From Patescibacteria group bacterium (GTDB lineage: Bacteria > Patescibacteriota > Patescibacteriia > Patescibacteriales > UBA12465): a stretch of 64,000 nucleotides of DNA. How positions within the stretch are numbered: the stretch's first letter is position 1; each line of letters begins with the position of its first letter. Position numbers and translations under genes: made by a program. A model generated the notes under the pieces. It did no database searches. It was not told the origin of the DNA and saw only the letters and a list, made by a program, of their open reading frames with translations. Of the stretch, positions 8,750-19,125 are shown piece by piece. Where the stretch lies: positions 221-64,220 of the forward strand of contig JBAYIC010000002.1 of the NCBI GenBank assembly GCA_041665845.1. The letters run 5' to 3'.

Positions 8750-10102
8750 ATGCCTATTATGAAAATAAGAAGTGTGCCAAGAATATATACAAAATACCGT
8801 AAGATATTCGGGATTGTCCCTAATGTGGGTACTTTAAAAAAAATTAAAGAACTTCAAAAATTAGAGCCAGTTTGTATGAGCGGACAATCAGAAACTATTT
8901 GGGATCATGCCGAGGAAGTGAATGTATATGATGTATATGGTAATAAATGGTTAGATTTTTCATCTGGAGTATTAATCACTAATGCTGGCCATGGTAATAA
9001 TGCAATAGTTCAGGCAATTATTAATCAAGTTTCCAAACCGCTTCTTACCAGTTATTGTTTTCCTAATCAGCCCAGAATAGATTTAATAAAAAAAATTGCC
9101 TCCTTGTCTCCGCGTGGTTACAAGACTTTATTATTGAGTACGGGGTCTGAAAGTACTGAGGTATTACTAAAATTAATGCGCACCTATGGTAGCAAAATAA
9201 AGAAAAACCGAAATATTATTATTAGCTTTCAGGGAGCATTTCATGGCCGGACATTAGGAGCACAACAAATGGGTGGATCGCCGGCTCTTAAAAGTTGGAT
9301 TAAAAATATTGATTCAGAAATTGTGCAGGTTCCTTTCCCGGATGGCTTCCGTTGCAAAAACACAAGTTTTCAATTATTTAAACAATCATTAAATAAATTA
9401 GGCATTAATCCTCGAAATATTGCTGGAGTTATTAGCGAAACTTATCAGGGCGGTGGTCCATATTTTTTCCCAAAAGCTTATGTGAAGGAATTACGATTTT
9501 GGTGTAATAAATATGATATTTTGCTTTGTCTTGATGAGGTGCAGTCTGGCTTTGGTAGGTGCGGAAAACAGTGGGGATTTCAGCATTATGATATAGTCCC
9601 TGACTTGTTTGCTGTTGGCAAAGGAATTAGTAGCTCTCTTCCCATCAGCGCCGTTATAGGTCGTCCGGATGTAATGGACTTATATGGTCCGAATGAAATG
9701 ACCAGTACTCATTCCGGCAATCCGGTTTGTTGCGCAGCGGCTTTAGCAAATATAAATTATATAAAAAATAATAAATTAATACAAAATGCATCCAAGCTTG
9801 GGGCTATACTTAATAGCAGATTGCTAGAAATGCAAAATTGCTTCCCTGAATTTATAGGTTTTGTATCTTCAGTCGGTTTAGTAGGAGGAATTCATATAGT
9901 ACAGCAGGGGACAATAAAACCAGACGGCGAGTTAGCAAAAAAAATTGTTAATTTGTGTTATAAAAATGGTTTAATGATGTTTGCTCCTGTTGGTACTGGC
10001 GGCGCATGTATTAAAATTGCGCCGCCTCTTTGTATAACAGAAGAAGCTCTTAAAGAAGGTTGTGATGTAATTTTTGAATCTTTAGCAGAATTACTCCATT
10101 AA
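8750..10102 (+). CDS. Class-III pyridoxal-phosphate enzyme (omega-aminotransferase / phospho-lyase family)
   Basis: Motifs NAGHGNN, STGSESTE, DEVQSGFGRCGK and AVGKGISSSLP (Schiff-base Lys). 450 aa. Confidence 0.85.
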   Translation: MPIMKIRSVPRIYTKYRKIFGIVPNVGTLKKIKELQKLEPVCMSGQSETIWDHAEEVNVYDVYGNKWLDFSSGVLITNAGHGNNAIVQAIINQVSKPLLTSYCFPNQPRIDLIKKIASLSPRGYKTLLLSTGSESTEVLLKLMRTYGSKIKKNRNIIISFQGAFHGRTLGAQQMGGSPALKSWIKNIDSEIVQVPFPDGFRCKNTSFQLFKQSLNKLGINPRNIAGVISETYQGGGPYFFPKAYVKELRFWCNKYDILLCLDEVQSGFGRCGKQWGFQHYDIVPDLFAVGKGISSSLPISAVIGRPDVMDLYGPNEMTSTHSGNPVCCAAALANINYIKNNKLIQNASKLGAILNSRLLEMQNCFPEFIGFVSSVGLVGGIHIVQQGTIKPDGELAKKIVNLCYKNGLMMFAPVGTGGACIKIAPPLCITEEALKEGCDVIFESLAELLH

Positions 10103-10133
10103 AGAAAATATTATATTTGTTTCTATAATAAAA

Positions 10134-10157
10134 AATCCCCTGACGCCCCAGGGGATT
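10134..10157. terminator. Bidirectional hairpin terminator between the convergent PLP-enzyme gene and serS
   Basis: AATCCCCTG (10134-10142) pairs with CAGGGGATT (10149-10157). The loop is 6 nt. An A-run lies upstream and T-rich sequence downstream. Confidence 0.7.
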
Positions 10158-10179
10158 ATTTGTAAAATTGATTTAGAGT

Positions 10180-11499
10180 TTATTTGTTTCGGATAATATC
10201 ATACTTAACTGGCATGAAGTTTTTTATAACCTCCGGTATGATAATGCTTCCATCTTTTTGTTGGTGATTTTCCAGAAGAGCAATAAAAATTCTTGGACTC
10301 GGCAGAGCGGTGTTGTTGAGCATAAATACATGCTTTTTTTTACCGTCTGATGCCTGATATCTAACATTAAGTCTCCTAGATTGCCAATCGAGAAAATTAC
10401 TAGCTGAGCCGGTTTCGCCCCAATAATTTAATCCCGGCATCCAAGCTTCAATATCAAACATTCTGTATTTTCCCAAGCCCATATCACCAGTACAAATTTG
10501 AATTTGACGATATGGAATCTCTAACTCTTTGTGCATTTCTGCAGACAATTTAATCATTTCGTTTTGCAGATAATTCGCTTCCTCGACATTAGCTTTTAGA
10601 ATGATTACTTGTTCAACCTTCATGAATTCGTGCACCCGATAAATTCCTTGGTTGAATTTTCCGTAACTGCCTATTTCACGACGATAACATTGGCTGAAGC
10701 CACACATTTTTAGGGGCAGCAGACTTTCATCTAAAGTCTCTCCGGCGTAATAAGACAATAATGACGGTTCTGCTGTTCCAACTAAGAACTGCATTTTTTC
10801 ATTTGCATTTTTATCTTTTTCTTTGTTTAATCCAGTCACCTCATAAATATCATCAACATCTGAATTATATTCAGAACCCTTGAAATAGCCACTGCCAAAA
10901 AGAGTTGAACCATTTACAAGCGTAGGAACTATCATTGGAGAAAAACCGTTGATAATCATTTTATTCATAGCATACATCATGAATCCTAACATTAATGAAA
11001 CCCCTTCATTCATGACATAATACCCGCGGTAGCCCGCTACTTTAGATCCTCTTTCCAAATCTAATATGTTGAGTGTTTTGCCCAGTTGAATATGGTTTTT
11101 AGGGACAAAAGAAAACTTGGGAATTTCTTTTGATCTAAATATTTCAACATTGTCTTTATCATCTTTTCCTGTTGGCGTATCAGGTGAGGTGATGTTTGGA
11201 ACTAAAACCATAAGATTAATAAATTCCTTTTCCATTTGAGCATATTGCGGCTCTAATTCGGCAAGCTTGTTTTTAAGCAATTTGCCTTGTTGAATTTTGC
11301 CGGGCTTTTCTTCTTTGGCGATGGAATTATTGTCAAATAGGTTTTTTTTCTCAGATCTGAGTTGCTCAATTATTTTTAGCAACTCTTTTTTTTCTGCATT
11401 GAGAGCAAACAAACGATTCAAGTCTAAATCTACTTTTTTTTCAAAAATAGCTCGACGAACCTCTGCTTCATTTTCTTTAATAAAATTAATACTTAGCAT
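10180..11499 (-). CDS. serS: Seryl-tRNA synthetase
   Basis: N-terminal coiled-coil arm. Class II motifs YRVHEFMKVE, GSASNFLDWQSRRLNVRY and NNTALPSPRIFIALLENHQ. Confidence 0.95.
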   Translation of the reverse strand: MLSINFIKENEAEVRRAIFEKKVDLDLNRLFALNAEKKELLKIIEQLRSEKKNLFDNNSIAKEEKPGKIQQGKLLKNKLAELEPQYAQMEKEFINLMVLVPNITSPDTPTGKDDKDNVEIFRSKEIPKFSFVPKNHIQLGKTLNILDLERGSKVAGYRGYYVMNEGVSLMLGFMMYAMNKMIINGFSPMIVPTLVNGSTLFGSGYFKGSEYNSDVDDIYEVTGLNKEKDKNANEKMQFLVGTAEPSLLSYYAGETLDESLLPLKMCGFSQCYRREIGSYGKFNQGIYRVHEFMKVEQVIILKANVEEANYLQNEMIKLSAEMHKELEIPYRQIQICTGDMGLGKYRMFDIEAWMPGLNYWGETGSASNFLDWQSRRLNVRYQASDGKKKHVFMLNNTALPSPRIFIALLENHQQKDGSIIIPEVIKNFMPVKYDIIRNK

Positions 11500-11705
11500 A
11501 ATGACATCTCCTATTATTAATGAACGATATTTTCAAAAAATATTATCATATCTTAGTATATTTGTCAATTTGTCTTGTACTATGTCTTGCCTAGGTTCTA
11601 AAAATGTTGTATAATTAAGATATCAAGTTGGTATATATAATTAAAATTTATATTTATTTTAATTCTAATTTTAGGAATTATTTCTATAATTAGACAATTA
11701 AATCT

Positions 11706-12089
11706 ATGAACAAAAAAATTTATTTATTATTAGGCGGGGTTGTTGTAGTTATTGCCCTTATAATTGTAATAGTTTCGTTGCAAGGCGATGCTACAGTTAA
11801 ACCGGAAGTTCAAAAAACGGGTTCACTCGAACTTAATGAAAATAAAGTTGAGACTCCTGAGCCTAAAGTTATAGTAGAAACATCAATTGCAACTACAACT
11901 GGTCCAAAATCTGTTCAAGTTTACACTAAACCTATTGAGCTTGAATTTATGACCGATGCTGATAAAGCAACCTTCGGTATTCCAGCTGATATTAGAGTCC
12001 AAGTTTTAGGAAGAGATAAGGAAGGGAAAATGATGGGTTATAAAATTATCCACAGCGATGCTGATATCATGACTAAGTACGGTAATTAA
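11706..12089 (+). CDS. Signal-anchored hypothetical protein
   Basis: Single N-terminal TM helix (LLLGGVVVVIALIIVIVSL) followed by a ~95-aa soluble domain. No family recognised. Confidence 0.6.
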   Translation: MNKKIYLLLGGVVVVIALIIVIVSLQGDATVKPEVQKTGSLELNENKVETPEPKVIVETSIATTTGPKSVQVYTKPIELEFMTDADKATFGIPADIRVQVLGRDKEGKMMGYKIIHSDADIMTKYGN

Positions 12090-12117
12090 AGTCTTAAATA
12101 TTTATTAGAGAAGAATT

Positions 12118-12147
12118 AAAAACGCTTATATACAATAGGCGTTTTTT
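12118..12147 (+). terminator. Rho-independent terminator
   Basis: ACGCTTAT pairs with ATAGGCGT (8 bp, one G-U). The loop is 5 nt, with flanking A-run and T-run (GTTTTTT). Confidence 0.65.
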
Positions 12148-12231
12148 GATATTGATAATAGCTTAATTAGACCTCTTGGTTGTGAAAAAACAAAAAAAAT
12201 ACTATAATTATAATATAAAAAATTAAAAAAT

Positions 12232-12912
12232 ATGAGTTACAACGATTTAATAAATGAGAAACCTTTAAGCAGAATAACCAAGAAAATGAAACTTAGTATG
12301 GTGTTGGTTTTGTTAGTTCTTGTCTTGGTTGTTGTTTTTTTCTTAATTTCTAATAAAAAATCTCAACTCAGCCAAAACCTTGAGCCGACTCAAAATGGTG
12401 TAGACGCTGGAGCAACAAACAGCGCGGCGACTGATGCGGCTGATAATAACTTGCCAAATGCTAATACCGTTATCGCTAAAGATACTAGGGCAGTTGTTCC
12501 AGGTGGAAATGCGGTTGATAATAGTGGTCGCGTTGTAACCGAGGATGGCGTAGTAACAACAAATTCAGTTGCTCCTATGTCTGATAATGCTCCAAAACAA
12601 ACAGGATTTTTAAAAAAAGAAGAGTTGTCGGCTACAGTTTTTAAAATCGATGTTGGTAATAAAAAATTTGTTCCGAATGAATTTACAACCAAAACTGGCC
12701 GTCCAACAACCTTTGCTTTAACAAGTATTGATAAAGAAGTCCATAATTTATCTTTTACCGACCCGCGCCTATCAGCGGTTGCGGTTGTGGTCGGCCCCAA
12801 TCAAACAGGAGCAATTACTTTTAATGCTCCAGAGCCGGGAGTCTATACTTTCCATTGTACTTTTCCGGGGCATACCGGAGACGGTGAAACCGGAAAGATG
12901 ATAGTTCAATAA
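12232..12912 (+). CDS. Membrane-anchored cupredoxin-domain protein (candidate type-1 copper site)
   Basis: N-terminal TM anchor. C-terminal domain carries candidate ligands: His in EVHNLSF, Cys and His in FHCTFPGH, and Met in GKMIVQ. Confidence 0.65.
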   Translation: MSYNDLINEKPLSRITKKMKLSMVLVLLVLVLVVVFFLISNKKSQLSQNLEPTQNGVDAGATNSAATDAADNNLPNANTVIAKDTRAVVPGGNAVDNSGRVVTEDGVVTTNSVAPMSDNAPKQTGFLKKEELSATVFKIDVGNKKFVPNEFTTKTGRPTTFALTSIDKEVHNLSFTDPRLSAVAVVVGPNQTGAITFNAPEPGVYTFHCTFPGHTGDGETGKMIVQ

Positions 12913-12930
12913 TTATCCTAAATTTAAATT

Positions 12931-13521
12931 ATGAATAATAAGAAAAAAATACTTTTCGCCCTGGGGATAATTGTTGTTATTTTATTAATAATTGTAATTA
13001 TTTTAGAACTTAAAAAAGATGCGGCTCCGCAAGTTTCTCAAGCACCAATTGTAAATAATTATATTCCTGACGGAAAAACCGCTTCATCTGCTCCGCGTGA
13101 TTGGGAAGAAACTGTTGCTAGAAAAGAAGTCCCGGTAGGCGTTAAAGTCCCGGAACCAAGCGATATCATCCCCGATAATTTGAAGAATGAAATCGCCGTT
13201 CCGAGTGCTGCTGTTTCCGCCGGTTCTAGCGAAACTAAAACTGCTCAAATTAGAATATTTAAAATTGAAGGTAAGGACGGAAAATTTATCCCGTCTAAAA
13301 TAATTGCTAATTATAATGATATAGTAAATATTCAATTTGCGGCTATTGATCGTGATTATGATATAGTTTTTGCTGGTTATAATATTAAGCAAAGTGCTAA
13401 GCAGGGACAAACAAGTTTTATTGAATTTCAAGCCCTTTTAGACGGACGTTTTCCATACTACTGCGTTTCTTGCGGAGGGTCAGAAACAAATTATCAAGGA
13501 GAAATAATAATTGTAAAATAA
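12931..13521 (+). CDS. Membrane-anchored cupredoxin-like paralogue lacking the His ligands
   Basis: Same architecture as the neighbour (FIPSKI vs FVPNEF; YYC vs FHC; GEIIIVK vs GKMIVQ). The His positions read YDIVF and SCGGS, and the axial position is Gln. Confidence 0.55.
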   Translation: MNNKKKILFALGIIVVILLIIVIILELKKDAAPQVSQAPIVNNYIPDGKTASSAPRDWEETVARKEVPVGVKVPEPSDIIPDNLKNEIAVPSAAVSAGSSETKTAQIRIFKIEGKDGKFIPSKIIANYNDIVNIQFAAIDRDYDIVFAGYNIKQSAKQGQTSFIEFQALLDGRFPYYCVSCGGSETNYQGEIIIVK

Positions 13522-13539
13522 ATTCAGATAAATTTATTC

Positions 13540-13568
13540 TTGCTAGATTTTTTTTAAATTGCTATAAT
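13540..13568 (+). promoter_or_regulatory. sigma70-type promoter TTGCTA-N17-TATAAT
   Basis: TTGCTA at 13540-13545, a 17-nt spacer, TATAAT at 13563-13568. Confidence 0.5.
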
Positions 13569-13634
13569 GAAATTAAGATAATAATTTATGTTTGAAAGAG
13601 TAAGCTTAGCTTTTACTTTCAACATTTCTCAACT

Positions 13635-13841
13635 ATGCAAAAAAATATGCTTGGAACTCTGGCGACGGTTATCTTCGTTGTAATTCTCGCTGGAATGTTT
13701 ACTTATTTCTATGTGACCTTAAATCGCATGGATAAAAAAATGACGGAATTACAAACCGTTATTGCGACTGATTCCGCTAAAATCAGTGAAATCGTTAATT
13801 TTTTTAACGCGAATGTAAATGCCCAGGACACTAATAAATAA
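13635..13841 (+). CDS. Small signal-anchored protein (68 aa)
   Basis: N-terminal TM helix followed by a helical tail ..LQTVIATDSAKISEIVNFFNANV. It is a paralogue of the next ORF. Confidence 0.55.
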   Translation: MQKNMLGTLATVIFVVILAGMFTYFYVTLNRMDKKMTELQTVIATDSAKISEIVNFFNANVNAQDTNK

Positions 13842-13902
13842 TAAAAATATAAAAAGCTTATCGGAAAAGGTTTATACCAGCCGTGAGCTAAACAATAATT
13901 CT

Positions 13903-14130
13903 ATGAAAAGAGAAATTGTGTTTCCCTTGGTAGTGGGAATAATCTTTGGTGCTTTAATTATGATTTTTTGGCAATTCACCGCTAGCATGAATAATTTAAA
14001 TGCTCGCCTTGGCCAATTAGAACAAGTTACTAGCCAAAATTCTAAGACTGTTAATGATATTGTTACCTTCATTAATCAAGCAACTGCTCCTAAGGGCGGT
14101 GCCGCTCCAGCTGCAACTCCTGCTCAATAA
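13903..14130 (+). CDS. Small signal-anchored protein (75 aa), paralogue of 13635-13841
   Basis: Starting at ATG 13903 gives MKREIVFPLVVGIIFGALIMIFW. The tail ..LEQVTSQNSKTVNDIVTFINQA mirrors the neighbour. The tracked start 13819 overlaps the previous gene. Confidence 0.5.
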   Translation: MKREIVFPLVVGIIFGALIMIFWQFTASMNNLNARLGQLEQVTSQNSKTVNDIVTFINQATAPKGGAAPAATPAQ

Positions 14131-14149
14131 TTTTAAATTTGAAGCTGAT

Positions 14150-14176
14150 AAAAGCTCTGCCAAAAGCAGAGCTTTT
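14150..14176 (+). terminator. Rho-independent terminator
   Basis: AAAAGCTCTGC (14150-14160) pairs with GCAGAGCTTTT (14166-14176). The loop is 5 nt. Confidence 0.75.
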
Positions 14177-14185
14177 ATGTTATAA

Positions 14186-16656
<2,471 letters not shown>

Positions 16657-16701
16657 TTTGAAAATAATTTGGAAATAATTTGAGAATAATCAGGAGCGAT
16701 T

Positions 16702-18150
16702 ATGAATTTAAATGAACTAACAATAAAAGCCGCCCGCAGTTTATTAGATGAAGGGGAGATAACTTCGTTGGAAATAACTGAGGCTTGTTTGAAACAGATT
16801 GAAATTTTAGATAAAGAAATTCATGCTTGTTTAACTGTTTGTGCTGATGAGGCAAGAAGAGAGGCTAAGATGGCGGATAAAAGATTGCAGGAAGGCGAGA
16901 GAGGGGATCTTTTAGGTATTCCATATCTTTGCAAAGATATTTTGATGACTAAGGGAATAAAAACAACGGCCGCTTCGAAAATCTTAGAAAATTATATTGC
17001 CCCTTACGATGCAACTGTCGTGAGAAAATTAAAAGAAGCGGGAGCCATACTCCTTGGTAAAACAAATTTAGATGAGTTTGCTCATGGAGCTTCAACAGAA
17101 AATTCGGCCTATGGCCCAACGAAAAACCCATTTGATATTACCAGGGTCGCCGGTGGGTCTTCTGGTGGTAGCGCAGCCGGGGTAGCCTCTAATATGTGTT
17201 TATTTGCGCTTGCTTCTGATACTGGTGGTTCTATTCGCCAACCGGCGAGTTTTTGTGGTGTATTTGGGCTTAAACCAAGCTATGGTAAGGTTTCTCGCTT
17301 TGGCTTATTATCGATGACTTCATCGACTGATGTCGTCGGTGTAATCGCTAAAACCGCTTATGATACAGCTATAGTTTTAAAAACTATCGCTGGTAAAGAT
17401 GAATTAGATGCAACCACTGCTCCGGAGAAAATGACTAATGTAGAAAATAAATTTTCTGAAAAAATAAAAATCAAATCGTTAGCTGGATTAAAAATAGGTT
17501 TACCTAAAGAATATTTTCTTGAAAGTCTAAACCCAGAAGTAAAAGAGAAAGTAATGGTCATCGCGGAAAAATTAAAAGCGGCCGGTGCGGAAATTAAATC
17601 AGTTAGTTTACCTTATACTAAATACGGAATCCCGGTTTATTATATAATTACCCCTTCGGAACTAAGTTCCAATTTAGCGCGGTTTGATGGAATCGGTTGG
17701 GGATTAAAAAAAGAAGAAGCGATTAATTTGCAGGAGTTCTATAAACGGAGCCGTGGAGCTGGTTTCGGTCCGGAAGCAAAAAGAAGAATTATGCTTGGAA
17801 CTTATGCGCTTTCCGCCGGTTATTATGATGCCTATTATAAAAAAGCACAAACGGTAAGAACTCTAATCATCGAAGATTTCAATAAAGCCTTTAAGCAGGT
17901 AGATTTACTTTTAACTCCGACTGCTCCGCATGGCGCTTTCAAAATTGGTGAAAAATCAAATGATCCGCTCGCGATGTATTTGGAAGATATTTTTGTAACT
18001 GGTGCGAGTCTATCTGGCTTACCAGCGATTTCTATTCCAGCCGGAAAAGTAAAAGTTGAAGGCGGCGGCGAGATGCCTTTAGGAGCGCAAATTATTGCTC
18101 CCCGCTTTCAAGAAGATTTGATGTTACAAATAGCCGATTTTTTGAATTAA
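16702..18150 (+). CDS. gatA: Asp/Glu-tRNA amidotransferase subunit A
   Basis: Amidase signature GGSSGGSAAGVAS..DTGGSIRQPASFCG. 482 aa, directly after gatC. Confidence 0.95.
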   Translation: MNLNELTIKAARSLLDEGEITSLEITEACLKQIEILDKEIHACLTVCADEARREAKMADKRLQEGERGDLLGIPYLCKDILMTKGIKTTAASKILENYIAPYDATVVRKLKEAGAILLGKTNLDEFAHGASTENSAYGPTKNPFDITRVAGGSSGGSAAGVASNMCLFALASDTGGSIRQPASFCGVFGLKPSYGKVSRFGLLSMTSSTDVVGVIAKTAYDTAIVLKTIAGKDELDATTAPEKMTNVENKFSEKIKIKSLAGLKIGLPKEYFLESLNPEVKEKVMVIAEKLKAAGAEIKSVSLPYTKYGIPVYYIITPSELSSNLARFDGIGWGLKKEEAINLQEFYKRSRGAGFGPEAKRRIMLGTYALSAGYYDAYYKKAQTVRTLIIEDFNKAFKQVDLLLTPTAPHGAFKIGEKSNDPLAMYLEDIFVTGASLSGLPAISIPAGKVKVEGGGEMPLGAQIIAPRFQEDLMLQIADFLN

Positions 18151-18165
18151 ATAAAATAAAATAAT

Positions 18166-18894
18166 ATGGCAAAAACAAGCAAATTTTTTTATCTGATAGC
18201 GGCCGTCTTGGTAATTACAGCGACCATTTTTGTTTTGATAGTTAATCGTTCTGAAAATAATCAACCAGCCGTGAGTTATCAACCGATTGCAGGGGCGAAA
18301 GCTAATAGTTATGAATTAGTAACAGATGCCTTAGCTATTCAAGCTAACGATAATATTATCGGCGCTGCAGAAGCACCGTTAAAGATTTTTGTTTATGAAG
18401 ATTATTCTAGCCAATATAGCGCTGAGCTAGCTGAAACTTTAAGTAAAATAGCTTCAGAATCAAATGATAAAGTAGCCATTATTTCTAGGCCATATATTGT
18501 CCCTGGTTCTAATCTTTCTCGGCAAACCGCTTTAGCAACTGTTTGCGCTAAAGACTCTGGTAAATGGCCGGAGATGCGCTCTTTGCTCTTTTCACTTACT
18601 AAGACCGGCTTACTGCAAGAAGAAGGATTTAGTACTTATGCCGCTGAACTGCAATTAAATGGCGAAGAATTTATCACTTGCTTGACTAATGAAGAAAAAT
18701 CCATAAAACTAGATGAAGCGATGAAGAATGCTAAAGATGCTTTAGTTTTAGGAGCGCCAACCATGTTTGTGGGGGATGAAATGATTTTGGGCGCTAGACC
18801 GTATGCTGATTTCATTGATTCTAACGGCGACGCTATTTCCGGATTAAAAACAGTTGTTGAGAGAAAACTTAAAGAAGTATTGGCGGTAGAATAG
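18166..18894 (+). CDS. DsbA-family thioredoxin-fold protein with the CxxC site replaced by SQYS
   Basis: TM anchor. DsbA-like layout IFVYEDYSSQYSAEL..CAKDSGKWPEMRSLLF..GAPTMFVG (cis-Pro loop kept). Active-site positions S82-Q-Y-S85 lie at nt 18409-18420. Confidence 0.65.
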   Translation: MAKTSKFFYLIAAVLVITATIFVLIVNRSENNQPAVSYQPIAGAKANSYELVTDALAIQANDNIIGAAEAPLKIFVYEDYSSQYSAELAETLSKIASESNDKVAIISRPYIVPGSNLSRQTALATVCAKDSGKWPEMRSLLFSLTKTGLLQEEGFSTYAAELQLNGEEFITCLTNEEKSIKLDEAMKNAKDALVLGAPTMFVGDEMILGARPYADFIDSNGDAISGLKTVVERKLKEVLAVE

Positions 18895-18911
18895 ATTTAT
18901 TAAAAAGATTT

Positions 18912-18928
18912 AGAGCGGCTTCCGCTCT
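18912..18928 (+). other. Short perfect hairpin between the dsbA-like stop and tRNA-Ser
   Basis: AGAGCGG ctt CCGCTCT. Only two T residues follow, so it could be a weak terminator or a processing structure. Confidence 0.4.
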
Positions 18929-18932
18929 TAAA

Positions 18933-19019
18933 GGAGAGGTCGCATAGTGGTCGATTGCGCTCGCTTGGAAAGCGGGTAAGGTGTTAAAGCCTTCGAGGGT
19001 TCAAATCCCTCTCTCTCCG
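18933..19019 (+). tRNA. tRNA-Ser (anticodon GGA)
   Basis: Acceptor GGAGAGG pairs with TCTCTCC. Anticodon stem CTCGC/GCGGG carries the loop TTGGAAA. Long variable arm AAGGTGTTAAAGCCTT. T arm GAGGG-TTCAAAT-CCCTC. Discriminator G. Only CC (not CCA) follows. Confidence 0.9.
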
Positions 19020-19030
19020 CCGATGTTTCA

Positions 19031-19055
19031 AAAATCGCCATTTTGGTGATTTTTT
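19031..19055 (+). terminator. Rho-independent terminator after tRNA-Ser
   Basis: AAAATCGCC pairs with GGTGATTTT (one G-U). The loop is 5 nt, followed by a T-run. Confidence 0.65.
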
Positions 19056-19125
19056 GTTATAATTTTAATATAAAACTAAAGGTAGATTTGGGTCAATATA
19101 TACTAAATAGTGTTACTATAAAAAT

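Noticed and set aside
11297-11614. A 105-aa plus-strand ORF runs antisense to the serS 5' end. Similar antisense ORFs occur at 12390-12800, 13084-13431, 13872-14072, 14956-15489, 19116-19919, 21175-21568, 36031-36348, 39046-39237, 39701-39904, 40269-40601, 42606-42848, 52882-53532 and 60252-60603.
   Set aside because: Each is contained within a longer opposite-strand or alternative-frame gene with strong family motifs. I treat them as shadow ORFs.
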